64,000 bases of DNA from the human T2T-CHM13v2.0 reference genome, Homo sapiens: NCBI RefSeq assembly GCF_009914755.1, contig NC_060926.1. The stretch is one strand, 5' to 3'. Positions 30,816 to 45,590 of the stretch are shown one piece after another. Under the pieces are notes generated by a model. The model searched no databases. It had not been told where the DNA came from and was given only the letters and a program-made list of their open reading frames with translations. Numbering within the stretch: position 1 is the stretch's first letter; each line of letters starts with the position of its first letter. Made by a program: the position numbers and the translations under genes.

Positions 30816-33800
30816 ATTATTATTTCTCTTGCTGGATTATATATTGGGTTATTTAAATATAAGCAATTATGACTCTATAGATGAAACAATTTAATTATAC
30901 TTTAATTAATTATACTTTTTTCTTCATTCTTTAAAAGACTTCTTTATCCAATTCAGTTCTGAATTTGGAATTTTAGTAGAACTATGTGGAGACCTCCCAG
31001 ATCTATCTTCTGTGCCTCTTCTAAGCTGTTTGTCTTTTTGATTGATGTTATAGGAGATTTCTTCCATCTTTTCTCCTGTATTACTAATTTTGACCATTTT
31101 GACCAATTAATAATATTTAGTCCATTCATAAAATTTTTTATTTTGACAATTATTTTTAATTTCCAGTAAATCTGTATTTTTCTGATTGTCCTTTTTCTTA
31201 ATAGTCTTTTGTGTTTTATAGATACAGTATCTCATTTAAATTTATTTGTGCATTATTAATTAGAATTTTAAAAATTATTCCTGTGAATTATCTGTCCTCA
31301 GGTATGACCTGTCTTATATGTTCCTCTTGGCCTTTCTTTTTCATGGGTACTGCTTTTTCTTAAATGGCTGATGATTGCCAAAGCTGATTGTGTTGATAGT
31401 TAGCACAAGTCCCCTCTGTAGCAGTGTGGGTCTCATTGTCTTAGAGGCTTTTCCACTGAAGGCAGGGCTGACTGCAGACTCTGCACTGTGACCAGAGTGT
31501 GGCTAACTAGCAGGCTTCTGTAGGGTTGGCATGGGTCTTCCCTCTAAATCTTCCCCTAAGGCTCTGAACTGGGAATCTGAGGCAACTGGGCACTCTTGCT
31601 GTTATAACAAAGATGCTTCTCTTTTAAAATAAGCCTCACACCTCCTGTTGCTTCATTCTTTCATTCCTTTCCTTCTGAACAGACATGTGAGGTCTGAGAT
31701 AGTATCTCCTAAGTGGTGCAAGAAGGCAGTGTGCTTGACCAAGCCTAGGGGGCAGAGGAGGCATCCAGAGGAGCTGGTAGCAGGATCAAGATCCCAAGTG
31801 AAGAACCACAAACAGAGGATAGAGACCCAGTGAGGAGAACCTCCTCTCAGTATGGTGTCTGAAGCATTGGCCAGTGGTTCTGAGCTATGGAAGTCATAGT
31901 CTGGAATACAGGGTCACCCTCACCAGAGTGACATCCAACAGATGAAGCTGTGCATAGAGCAGTGAACTAAACAATGTATGAGGTATCCTTAGATGGTGCA
32001 CTCAGGGAGGCTGTAAAAGATACAAAAGGCTTTGCAGTGATTAGGAGAGGCACCTAGTCATCAAGAAAAAAGGTCAAAATGTTTAAAGGATGGAATAGCA
32101 GGGTCAGAAAGAGATGCAACAACCCAGATAACAGGTATTGAGGTTGACTATATGGGAAACTTATATTAGCTCTGCATCAAATATATTAACACAGGGCCTC
32201 CTTTTATGGCGTTAGACCAGAGCAAGATCTCAGGTCAAAGCAGCTCATCAGAATTGCCTTCTGCATGTGGTCATAAAGAAGAACATTGGGCAGGAATGCA
32301 GTAGTTTGGGGCAGAGAGCTAGCTTATGAAGATCATCTTAACTTGAGAATAATTAAGGAAGTGTGTGGTTCTCAAAGGGGTGAGATTATGATTGCAAGAA
32401 AGAAGCTAACAGACACAGCTGCAGGAGGTAATATTTAGTTACTCTAAGCTGGAGACAATACAGCATGATCTCAGATGCAGATCTGGGTTTCCCAGTACCC
32501 CAGAGTTTCCCATGAAGACATCCAGGGACAGAGGATGCCTTCCTGTGGAGGCACAGTACCGGAAGCTCCCCTTGGTATTCTCACAGGGGGAAAGGATGGT
32601 TTATGCCCACCTGCCACCTCCCATCCCCCAGCCAAATATTGATCATGAGGGTAAGTCTCCCTCAGCAGCCCAGGCTTCTGACCTGTCTTAGCTCCATTCT
32701 AAATTTTATGAGAGAAGGCTTTCAGAAGTCTAGTTTTATCCTATAGCTAATAATAGTAACATAATACGTGAATTATGTTACTTCAGGATCTTCACTTCTT
32801 AGGTAGACTGCTTCAACACTGCTTACTTTCTCTCCTTACTGCTGACTGGCCTCTCCCCATTCTTATTGGCACCTTCATTGAAAAATCAGCTGACTGTATG
32901 TGTATGGTTTATTTTTGGACTCTGTGTTATCATAGCTATGTTTTAGCATTTATTAATTCTATTATGCTCTATTTGGAAAACTTTCCTTCATAACAGCTAG
33001 AATGTGAGCTTCTTGAGGGGTCAGTTTCTATATTTTACTTATTTTTACATTCTCAAAATGAACACTCAATGGATGTTTGCTAAATGATGAATTAGAAAAA
33101 TAGAATTTTGAATTACTTACTTATTAGCAGGACTAATTGAGAGTTAGCTAAGTTAAAGACTGTGTTTTCATCTGGCACTTTCAATAATCTGAGAGCTGTA
33201 GAGGCCAGCCTTTCTGATATCATTCCAGTCCAAATTTTTAGTGTAGTAACAAGCCCCAATGCCAAAGCTAACAGGAACAGAATAGTCACTGTGATTACAC
33301 TGAGGTCAACATAGGGTAGTAATTCAGTTTGGTTGGTTGTATTTTTTTAAGGGAAGGGAAAAGAGATGAAGCCATGACAGTTTTTCTTATTGGGTTTCCT
33401 AAAAAATAGTGAATTAATGCATAATTCAGTACCCTATGTGCTCCTAAGAAGTAATAAGAGCCTGAAGTTCAAATTAACTCCTTAATTTACCGGAAATATG
33501 TTCACTCTGTATTTTTTAGCATACCAGAAGACAAAGCTTTCCTTTATATTATGAACCGGTCATTTATTCTCTATTAAAGACTACTCTCTCATGTGTTAGC
33601 GTCTCAGAATATTCGTGTGCTCTATTGTATTTTCGCATATCTTCTTCACAGAAGTAAGTTCACATGCATTATACTTGGCAGACTTGGTATTGCCCTTGAT
33701 GTGTAACTATTTGTGTGAGTAGAGAATCTCCAGCTGCCATCATGGAGTCATTAAAGAAGGACTGGGAAGTGGAGTGTAGCACATGATCTAGTCATTTAAG

Positions 33801-34004
33801 CTGACCATGGCTGTATTTGGTTTGCCTAATGAGTGGGTATGGCTTCAAAATTTGAAAAATTACATTTGATTTTATGCTTATTTTCATGCTTATTTTAAAT
33901 CCCCCTAAATGTAAGGTTCTTGTAATGGACAAATAGAATTTAGAGCTTTTCATGACTCTTGACCTTCTGTCTCAGTAAAATTTAAGAATTTTTAAGAACA
34001 GGTC

Positions 34005-34300
34005 GCAATGAGGAGTCATTTAGTTGTAAGGGACAGAAACCCAATTCAAACTGGCCATAGAAAAGGAAATAAATTGGCTATTATAACTGAGAGTTCTAGG
34101 GATATCCCAGTCTCGGAGATAGCTGGATTCAGGGGTTCAAAGAGATCATCAGGCCTTTCTTTTTCTTGCTTTTCCCATCCTCATTCTCATATCTTTGCTT
34201 TTCTCCACCTTCTACAGTATCAGGAAGGTTGTTGTCACAGTAGCACCAGATTTCGTTATCCATAGACTTCACAATCCAAGAGGAAGATAAATCACAAGCT
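34005..34300 (-). mobile_element. Old MLT1 (K-O-like) LTR fragment
   Basis: ttagttgtaagggacagaaacccaattcaaactggc...ctggattcaggggttcaaa. Confidence 0.6.
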
Positions 34301-34344
34301 GCTATGGCCAAGATTGTTAAGCTTCCTCACCTTATCTGGGCTTC

Positions 34345-34650
34345 ACTTTTCTTTCTCTCTCTCTCTTTTTTTTTTTTTTTTTCTTTTAGAGGCAGAGTCT
34401 TGCTGTGTCACCCAGGCTGGAGTACAGTGGAATGATTATAACTCACTGGAGCCTTAAGCTCTGAGGCTCAAGCCATCCTCCTGCCTTTGCCTCCCAAGTA
34501 GTTGGGACTATAGGCACACACAACCATGCCTGGCTAATTTTTTCATTTTTTTAGAGGTGAGATGTTGCTATATTGCCCAGGTTGGTTTTGAACTCCTGGC
34601 CCCAACTTCCCAAAGCACTGGGATTCTAGGTATAAGTCACCGTGCCTAGC
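34345..34650 (-). mobile_element. AluJ inserted in a MIR
   Basis: Dimer with TSD gcttcactttt/gcttcactttc. Confidence 0.9.
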
Positions 34651-35169
34651 AGTGCTTCACTTTCCTTATTGGTAGGGTGGGGATGGCTGTCAAGCCTACC
34701 TCATACCAATGGTGATACTTGTGAAATGCCTGGAATAGTGCTTGGTACATAGTCAATCTTCAATAAACGTTGACTCTTATTATCATCTTCACTTTATAGG
34801 AGGGGAAGTTTAGGTACAAGAATAAGAAAACTGCCGTTCCTTCATAACTGATTAAAAGCAGTCATTACTACCTGGGAAACCTGAACAACATTGAGATAAT
34901 TACAGTGCCTCATGTATAGTACAGCACATGTATAGTGTGCTGGGTCATGCCATCAAGATTTTCACATATCTGAGATATGAACATGTGTCTTTCATTCTAG
35001 CTCTGTATTTCATCTGCATTAATAACTGTGTGCATTTGAAAGTTATTGAAAAGTAGTGTTAGGAGTTGCTCATGTGATTGTAGCTGTGGTTTTATTTGTT
35101 GGAATAATTATAGTTGCTACTGTTTATACAGAGCTGTGTGTAGTTACTGCCATTTAATTAACTGTGTAT

Positions 35170-35360
35170 TGTTACTTTACTGAACACTCATATGCCAGGT
35201 GGTAACTAATCCTAGGGAGGAGTCATTATGTACATTTTTACTGATGAAGAAACTGAGGCACAGAAAGTTTAAATTACTTACCCAAGGTCTCATAGCTGAA
35301 CTAGAGTTCACCCCAGGTCCACCTGATTTAGAAGTCCATGCTTTTATCCACCATGCCCTA
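35170..35360 (-). mobile_element. MIR
   Basis: catttttactgatgaagaaactgaggcacagaaagtttaaattacttacccaaggtc. Confidence 0.75.
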
Positions 35361-36406
35361 CTTTCTAAGGAAGCTATGAGAACTGGCTTACAAAGGAAAC
35401 GTGATATCAGTAGAAGACTGGCATCATCTGGAGGAAAGGAGTGGAATGACCACAGGCAGGAAGAAGTTAATCGAGACTTTTGTGAGAAAGGTTTAGGTTG
35501 CAGAACTCAGTGTCTTAAGGCCTACAATTCAGGTTGAAGGGGAGGGAAATGGAGGGCACACAATCTCAGGACATGGTTCTGTGTGGGAAAAGAACATGCA
35601 AATGGATGAATGAAATTGGCTTCTGATAAGGCCAAGAAAGGGGGCTGCCAAGAGCGACACTGATGGGCTGAATCCAGGATATGAGCTTCCTGAGAATAGA
35701 GGGGTAAAAAATATGCAACGAGTAGCTTATAGGTAAGTGGACAAGTAACACACAATATAAAGGAACCTTTACTAGTGATACTAAAAAAAGCCCTAGAAAG
35801 TTACAGAAAAGTGAAAAGTAGGTAATAATAAAGGAATGTATTAATGGGATGAAGTAAAATGTATTCGCTTAAAGCACACTTTCAAAGGCACTAAATAATA
35901 ACTTTAGTCAGATTCCCAAGGAGGAACAAACTTAAGTTCTTTGGACAAGGTCAGATTACGGTGATTGAATTCATGCTTTAGTTTTCCCTGAGATAACACT
36001 GCGTACATCTTAACATCCTTACGCAGCATTTTCCAAATTTGCTGAACATATGTACCAGCTCTTGGTGGGGGTGGTTAAAATATAGATCTTCAGCCTAGCC
36101 CGCAGAGATTCAGGGTTAGAGTGTTGATTATGGGCATGTTTGGGAAAGGCTGCCTTAAGTAGAGGTGGCCTGTTGTTCTTTAGCATCTCCAGATGTTTTT
36201 CTCTCTCCCCAGGTACACATAGAACAGAGGCCAAACGGGTATACACCAAGCTCTGGGGTACAGTGCTATGATTTAACGGGATGAATGCTAGCAGGAACCT
36301 TTAAGGTGTTATTGAGGGCCAACTCTCTGGGGCCAATTGAAATTGAGCTCACTTAGAATAGGTGCCTTGCATTTGGCTGACACTTACTCATGAAAGTAGT
36401 AGCTAA

Positions 36407-36712
<306 letters not shown>

Positions 36713-36982
36713 GGCATACATAAGCTTTTTTTTTTTTTTTTTTATAGAAAGGATAATACTAAGAGTTTAAAACATTCACTCAGGTTTTAATAATCAATAA
36801 ATATTTGTTATTCTTTGCCCTCATAAAATTTGCAGATTGTAAACAGGGTGACTTGTGCTTTCATTAAGACACTAATGTCTTAAGACACTAAGCAGGGTCC
36901 CCTGGAGAAGTTTTGGGAGAAAATTGGAGGTAGATGGGCTGTAGGGAAGGCATAAGAGCTTGTACTTTTACTAATCCTAAGG

Positions 36983-39900
36983 CAGCAGTTATCAAGTAGG
37001 GCTTGTGGATCCCTGGGAGTCCTTAGGCCATTTCAGAGTGTCCATAGGTCAAAACCATCTTCATAATAAGGGCAGTGAGATATTGTTTGCCTTTTCACTG
37101 TGTTGATATTTGCATATTGGTCCAGAAGCAGTGGAAGGGCAGGGGAGTCAAACTCCTGGCCCCTTTGTCAAAATCAAGGTGGGGCACCAGACTATGGCTA
37201 CCAGACTGTGCTAGTAGTCACTGAATGCCTCACCACCACACAGTTTTTTTTTTTAAGACAGTTGTGTTTAGAAATGTCTTTGATGAAGCAGTAAATATTA
37301 TTTTGTCATCTTTACCCTCAAGAACATGCCTTTTTAAAATTCTATGTGATAAAATGGAAAGTACTTACAAAAAACTTGTGCCACTTGCTAAAGTACAATG
37401 GTTGTCTCAGGAAGAAACTTTTTCCCATGGAACATTATTTTTGCTTGAAAGGACTATTGACAGATGAACTGATTATTCAGACTTGGGTATTTGGTGGAAA
37501 TTCCCCAAAAAATAAATGAAGTAAGTGCATCACTTCAAGGAAAATAATTGACAATATTTGTTACTGTATTAGTCCATTTTCATGCTGCTGATACAGACAT
37601 AGCCAAGACTGGGTAATTTATACAGGAAAAAGGGTATAATGGACTTAGAGTTCCATGTGGCCAAGGAGGCCTCACAATCATGGTGGAAGGCAAGGAGGAG
37701 CAAGTCACATCTTACGTGGATGGCAGCAGACAAAGAGAGAGCTTGCGCAGGGAAACTTCTCTTTATAAAACCATCAGATCTTGTGAAACTTATTCACTAT
37801 CACGAGAACAGCACGGGAAAGAGTTGCCCCACATGATTCAGTTACCTCCCACTGGGTCCCTCCCACAACATGTGGGAATTCAGGATGAGATTTGAGTGGG
37901 GACACAGACAAACCGTATTATTTCACCTCTGGCCCCTTCAAATCTCATGTCCTCACATTTCAAAATCAATCATGCCATCCCAACAGTCCCCCAAAGTCTT
38001 AACTCATTTCAGCATTAACTCAAAAGTCCACATTCCGAAGTCTCATCCAAGACAAGGCAAGTCCCTTCTGCCTATGAGCCTGTAAAATCAAAAACAAGTT
38101 AGTTACATCCTAGATGCAATTGGGGTGCAGGCATTGGGTAAATACAGCCATTCCAAATGGGAGAAATTGACCAAAACAAAGAGGCTATGGGCCCCATGCA
38201 AGTCCGAAATCCAGCGGGGCAATCAAATCTGAAAGCTCCAAAATGATCTCCTTTGACTCCTTGTCACACATCCAGGTCATCCTAATGGAAGAGGTGGGTT
38301 CCCATGGTCTTGGACAGCTCCACCCCTGTGGCTTTGCAGGGTACAGCTTCCCTCCTGTCTGCTTTCATGGGCTGGCATTGAGAGTCTACAGCTTTTCCAG
38401 GCACACGGTGCAAGATGTCAGCGGATTTACCATTCTGGGGTCTGGAGGATGGTGGCCCTCTTCTCACAGCTCCACTAGGCAGTGCCTCAGTAGGGACTCT
38501 GTGTGGTGGCTCCGACCCCACATTTCCCTTCTGCACTGCCCTAGCTGAGGTTCTTCATGACAGCCTGCCCCTGCAGCAAACTTCTGCCTGGACACATAGA
38601 CATTTCCACACATCCTCTGAAATCTAGGCAGAGGTTCTCAAACCTGAGTTCTTGACTTCTGTGCCCTGACAGGCTCAACACCAACAGAAGCTGCCAAGGC
38701 TTGAGGCTTGAGGCTTGCACCCTCTGAAGCCATGGTTCAAGCTCTACATTGGCCTCTTTCAGCCACAGCTGGAATGGCTGGGACACAGGGCACCAAGTCC
38801 CTAGGCTGCACACAGAACAGGGACCCTGGGCCCGGCCCACAAAACCACTCTTTCCTCCTGGGCCTCCGGACCTGTTATTGGAGGGGCTGCTGTGAAGACC
38901 CCTTTCGCCCTGGAGACATTTTCCCCATTGTCTTGGGGATTAACATTCGGCTCCTGGTTACTTATGCAAATTTCTGCAGCTGGCTTGAATTTCTCCTCAG
39001 AAAATGGGATTTTCTTTTCTATCGCATTGGCAGGCTGCAAATTTTCCGAACTTTTATGCTCTGCTTCCCTTATAAAACGGAATGCCTTTAACAGCATCCA
39101 AGTCACCTCTTGAATGCTTTGCTGCTTAGAAGTTTCTTCCACCAGATACCCTAAATCATCTCTCTCAAGTTCAAAGTTCCACACATCTCTAGGGCAGGGG
39201 CAAAATGCCTCTAGTCTCTGTGCTAAAACATAACAAGAGTCACCTTTGCTCTAGTTCCCAACAAGTTCCTCATCTCCATCTGAGACCACCTCAGCCTGAG
39301 TTTCATTGTCCATATCATTATCAGCATTTTGGTCAAAGCCATTCAACAAGTCTGTAAGGAGTTCCAAACTTTCCCACATTTTCCTGTCTTCTTCTAAGCC
39401 CTCCAAACTGTTCCAACTTCTGCCTGTTGCCCAGTTCCAAAGTTGCTTCCACATTTTTGTGTATCTTTCCAGCAGCAACCTACTCTACTGGTACCAATTT
39501 ACTGTGTTAGTCCATTTTCATGCTGCTGATAAAGACATGCCCAAGACTGGGTAATTTACATAGGAAAACGGGGTTTAATGGACTTACAGTTTCACGTGGC
39601 TGGGGAGGCCTCACAATCATGGTGGAAGGCAAGGAGCAGCAAGTCACATCTTACATGGATGGCAGCAGTCAAAGAAAGAGAGCTTTTGCAGGGGAACTCC
39701 ACTTTATAAAACCATAAGATCCTGTGAGATTTATTCACAGTCACGAGAACAGCACAGGAAAAACTTGCCCCCGTGATTCAATTACCTCCCACCGGGTCCC
39801 TCCCACAACATGTGGGAATTCAAGATGAGATTTGGGTGGGGATGCAGCCAAACCATATCAGTTACCAATGATAAAATTTTGAACTTCCAAGAAAAAAATG

Positions 39901-40721
39901 AGAGTTTCGGAAAACCTCTATCTGCAACTATGAACTTCATAGCTTCCTAATATTTTAAATATTGAGACAAGATTTTTCTGATGAGATTGTGGTGATATTA
40001 ATGCATGTAGTTTTAAATTTTTTTGTGAAATGTGTCCACATTGGGAAGATCAGCTCATTTTCCAAAAAACTAGTGCATGATGTTACACAATCAGTATTCA
40101 AAGTCGAGACTGACCAGTGAGTACTTTCTTGTTTGTTTTTAGACCAGTGGATTTTACTATAACAGAGTATTTAATGTAACAAAGAAAGGTTCATTGATAG
40201 GATTTCAAATTCCACATTACAAATAACCTTTAAGAAACCAGCATCTGTTGAATTTTGGTGTAGTATCAAATAATAATATCCACAATTAACTGAAAAAGCT
40301 ACTAACATACTCTTTCCCTGTTCAATTACCTATCTGTGTGAGGACAGATTTCCTCCATAAACTTCAAACAAAATATTATATTGCAACAGATTGACTGCAG
40401 AAGCAGATCTGAGGATCTAGCTATCATCTATTATGCCATACATTAAAGAGATTTGCAGAATTGTTAAGATGATGCCACTCTTTTCAAGACTTTTTGTTTT
40501 GTTTTGTTTTGGAAAAGGTAGTTGTTTTTTATAAAGCATGCTATTTTTGTTAATGTCATAGATTTTTCTTTTTAAATGAATTAATGAACATTTAAATTTT
40601 CCTGTTTTTATTTCTAATATGATAAATATTGATGGATTATAACTTACAGAAAGAAAAGCTTCGAGTCCCTTAATAATTTATAAGAGTTTAAAGGGGTCTT
40701 GGAAACAGAAGGTTGAACTGC
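36983..40721. mobile_element. Charlie1a-type hAT DNA transposon split by THE1
   Basis: Start cagcagttatcaag...ggtcaaaaccatcttcataata; internal cagacttgggtatttgg and aacagattgactgcagaagcagat; end aaggggtcttggaaacagaaggttgaactg. Confidence 0.8.
37565..39860 (-). mobile_element. Full-length THE1 (A/B-type) MaLR provirus: 3' LTR 37565-37920, internal 37921-39502, 5' LTR 39503-39860
   Basis: Two ~357-bp direct-repeat LTRs; perfect 5-bp TSD gttac; PBS-like gtaaattggtacca; fragmented MaLR ORF (WNFELERDDLGYLVEETSKQQSIQ). Confidence 0.95.
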
Positions 40722-40763
40722 TCACCCAAAGTGTGACTGATTAAGGGGACGGCTGCATGATAG

Positions 40764-41095
<332 letters not shown>

Positions 41096-41751
41096 AGGAC
41101 TGCCTCTTAAAGTTCATCTTTTCAGCCTGTAATCACAAAAAGAGGATCTAGGTTCTCCCATCTCCCATTAGTAGACCCAGTTCCTACCAACCCATACCCT
41201 AAAGTCTGTCGTTTCTGGGGCAGAAGCAATAACTGAGCATCTCCTTGATCAGGCCACACCCTGTCTCCCATATTTTTGGATTTATGTGTAAATAAGACAG
41301 TTAAATAGAGTTCTCAGTATTTTTCCAATGAGAAGCTGCTTTCAATTTTGACACATCTGACATTGATCACATAGTTTTACAGAAGGTTTTAATAAAGTTG
41401 CCAACTGTGGTCTTTGGAGTCTGACAGGCTCACCTATTTCATCGCCTTATGACTTTGGGCAAGTCATTTTTATCTCTCACAGCAACAGTGTTCTATGTAT
41501 GAGGAAAGACTGGGTTCACAATAAGTTTAATGATGGTGTTGATACTTACTAGGTGTGTTAACAGTTTTAATTGTTATTCTCCCTGTTCCCATTGGCAATT
41601 TTCTTGGGCTTGGAGGTTTGAGATGGCAATGAGCTTGACTAGTCTATTTGTAAATTACAGCTGAATTGACTGCAGACTCCTGTTAGAGAAAGCTGTTTGG
41701 CTCAACTGTTGGATTATATACATATTTTTATAATAAATTCCATCTTCCTAT

Positions 41752-41773
41752 ACACACACACACACACACACAC
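41752..41773. repeat. (CA)n microsatellite, ~11 units
   Basis: Direct read. Confidence 0.9.
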
Positions 41774-43340
41774 GTACAAAGATTGCACAGCAAAGCCAGC
41801 ATAAAGTGATATGGCATATGATCAGTCATAACTTTTAGATTATCAGCTAATTTCTACCTGACCCTTCAAAAAGCCAATGAACACGTAGATGTCATGCTAG
41901 TGAGAATGGATAGCTTTCAGGAAAAGGGTAGGTCCTTTGGGACTATCTCTATTCTTTTGAAAACGTGTGCCATACTTTTAGATGAGAACATATAAATAAG
42001 TCTAAATCATACCAGACATTTTTCAGAATTGTCCTTTTTTACTAAATCATTCTCCATGTGCTAATTTTAAAATGTAGTTTTGATCTTCTCTAGTTTTTTT
42101 CTGGGAAATTCCTTCTCTGTTGAAAACAGAGCATTGAAAGGAGAGGGGACATCATTGCTTTCTTGGGTTTTATTCCCCATTCCATAGAGATATCCCTTGA
42201 CCTGTGACACTGTGGCTCCTGGAAGATTTGGGAATTGTTATTGCATGGGGTTAGGGGGTCTTTATGCACAAATACATATTCTCAAAGGACACTGAAAGTA
42301 TAAATGTCTTTAGGCGGAGTTAGGGAGTAAATGGCATTAAAAGGGAGTCTTAAAACTTGAAAACAGTCTCATATCACAGTAGTCCATGCAACATGAAGTC
42401 ACCTCTGGTATATCCAGCCCCTACTTCTGGACCGCGCCCCAGGGGCCTCCTCTCTCTCTGCTTGTTACCTTTTACGTTTATTCACATCTCTTCAGTCATC
42501 CACCTAGAGTAGACTGTCTTGCTTCAAACTGCCCTTAATGATTGGTTTAGGGTATATTTGCTTCTTCTCCCCCTGTCTCCATTTTTGACATTATCATCTT
42601 TCCTTAAAGACCACCTCCTCATACCACTTTTTACTTATGACTAAGCCCTAAAATTAATGAAATTTAGAAACTGGAAAGAGAAAATGGGTAAGTGCAAGGG
42701 TAGGACACACTGCTTTGGAGACCATTTACCTAAATTTCTGGGCGTGTGTGAAAGCTTGCGAGGTACTTCTATCTCATGGAGCACATTGTTTATATTCGCA
42801 TTCATGCACATAAATACCTCAATAGTAGTGAGGCTTCACGTGCATTCAGTCCCATTCTCACAGTACCTGACATTCTTCCATTGTCTTCTTCCAGGCTATT
42901 TGGGCACATGGTTTGCTTCTAATGAATGTACCTAATACTTGTGTTCGGCTTAAAATTAATCAACAAACCTTCTGAAATGCTTGAAGTAAAACAAAATACT
43001 CTTTTGATAAAGCCATACTCCTAGACCATTGAAAACACAAGTATTGTTCAAAAAATCATCTCATAGAAAAATGCCATTGTAGTTAAACTACTTGCTTGCT
43101 GGGGATAGAACAAGGACATAATCCAAGTGGCTTCACTTGCCGTCACTGATTTTCTTCCATTTATTGTGCCTGTAAAGGACTCAGGTTTGGTTGAATATGA
43201 TGGAATTATTTCAGATTGCGTTGCTAGAAATAATCCTGGTCTGAAAAACCTAGACATGCACTATAACAATGTCCCTGTCTTTTTAGTAAATTAGCAAATT
43301 AAAAAAAAAAAGAGCACTTTGGATCCAGTAGAGGAAGTAG

Positions 43341-43698
<358 letters not shown>

Positions 43699-43844
43699 TA
43701 ATGTTCTTAGTTTTCGTTGATAGTTAAATTTTATGTAGATGGTTGTCATGCATAAGGCAGGAAGAAATATTTTCTGTGCAGGAGTGAAAATAGGCTAGAG
43801 TTCCGTTTCGTGTGTATGTGTGGGGTTTTTTTTGTGTTTTTGTT

Positions 43845-44415
43845 CCTTTGTTTCTTTGTTTTTTGAGACAGAGTCTCACTCTGTTGCCTAGGTTGCAGTG
43901 CATTGGTGCAATCACGGCTCACTGCAACCTCCGCCTCCTGGGCTCAAGTGATTCTCATGCCTCAGCCTCAGCTGGGATTACAGGCATGCACCACCATGCC
44001 CGGCTAATTTTTGTATTTTTAGTAGACACGGGGTTTCACCATGTTGGCCAGGCTGGTCTCGAATTCCTGATCCGCCTGCCTCAGCCTCCCAAAATGCTGG
44101 GATTACAGGCGTGAGCCACTGTGCCTGGCCCCTTTTTTTCCTTCTGAGACAGGGCTTGCTCTGTCACCCAGGCAGGAGTGCAGTGGCACAAACCTAGCTC
44201 ACTGCAGCCTTGACCTCCTTGGGCTCAAGTGATCCTCCTGCTTCAGCCTCGTAAATAGCTGGGCCCATGGGCACGTGCCACCAACCCTGGCTATTTTTTA
44301 ACGATTTTTTTGTGGAGATGTGGTCTTACCATGTTGCCCAGGCTGGTCTTGAACTCCAGGGCTCAAGTGATCTTCCTACTTTGGCCTCCCAAAGTGCTTG
44401 GGGTGGCACCCAACC
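43845..44415 (-). mobile_element. Tandem AluS (43845-44130) and AluJ (44133-44415)
   Basis: Two consecutive antisense dimers. Confidence 0.92.
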
Positions 44416-45369
44416 TAGAGTTCTGTTTTTGATCTTTATCATGCATATGGCTTAATCAGGTTTTTGTATGGGGGCTTATTCATGGCATTCAGGTCAAATG
44501 AGTGTTGGTTCTCTGCACTGTCTTTAGTGGTCTTTGCCATTTTGGAGAGTATCCGAGAGTTGTAAGAGACACTTAAAAACTCCAAAAGTATCTGAGAGTA
44601 TCTGAAATACATAATAAATGTGTTTATTAGTAAATGAGGAAATATTTACTGAGTACCTAATATGCTTTAGCTAGTTTTAGTAACTATAGCCAACAACCAT
44701 GAGTTTTTTGAAAATTAATTTTTTGCATGTTATTAGGTGTTAGTAATAGTAAATTTTACAATGTTGCTTTTGTTTTTATTATTAATGGAGAGCATTAGTT
44801 ATTTTTTCTTTCCAAAAAAAACTGAATTGATAAAAAAGTATCCCTTCTCTATGAAGTAATTTGTTCTCCTTTTATGAAGTAACTCAGTGATCTCTTTATT
44901 TATGTATTGTAACCATATGTATGCAGCCAGAAGTTATTCTTCTCTACCCTCCCTCCCACAACTAAACAGCTTTGGGCAGCAGCATGCAATCTTTTTGCTA
45001 TTAAGTTTCTATGAAGTGAGGCCAGAAAGCTTTAAACATATTTTGACCAAGATGGTTTAGGAGTCTGGTTATGTCTCAGTTTGCTCTGACTGACTTGACT
45101 GAATAACATCTTGGATTGTCAACGAAGTGTTGTGTAATGTGTGTTTTCTCACACTTGAGCTCATACCACAAGATATTCTTAGGCTAATAAATGTATCTCC
45201 CAGCCAGTGTAAAATAGAGAACTTTCAATTTAGGAGAAGCCTCCCTGCTCAGAAACTGGTCTCCCTGTCTTAGATTTTTACCAGGACATGGTAGATTGCC
45301 GTCCTTTTTTTTTCTCCTGAGGCTTGGACTTGCTCCCTTTTTTACTATTTTTTGAAATTTTCCATTTAA

Positions 45370-45590
45370 AAAATTAATTTTGTAAAAATTTTAAACAGTT
45401 TCCAAGTTACCAAAAAGTTGCAAGAACAGTGCAACTGTCTTTTGCATCCCGAAGTTTTGGAGAGTAAGTTGCCAACATGGTGCTTCATCATCCTCAAATA
45501 TGAGAACGACATTCTCCTACATAACCCAGTATGCATAATAACATCAGGAAATTAACATTGACTTTTCACTACCGTCTAATCCTCATAAGA
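45370..45590 (-). mobile_element. L1MC-type 3' fragment
   Basis: aaaagttgcaagaacagt; gacattctcctacataacc; caggaaattaacattga. Confidence 0.6.

Noticed and set aside
35720-35740. TAG|GTAAGT as a recursive splice site
   Set aside because: No polypyrimidine tract upstream of the AG.
37639-39717. Cluster of 65-127-aa ORFs on both strands
   Set aside because: All lie within the THE1 provirus; the MaLR ORF is broken by stops and frameshifts.
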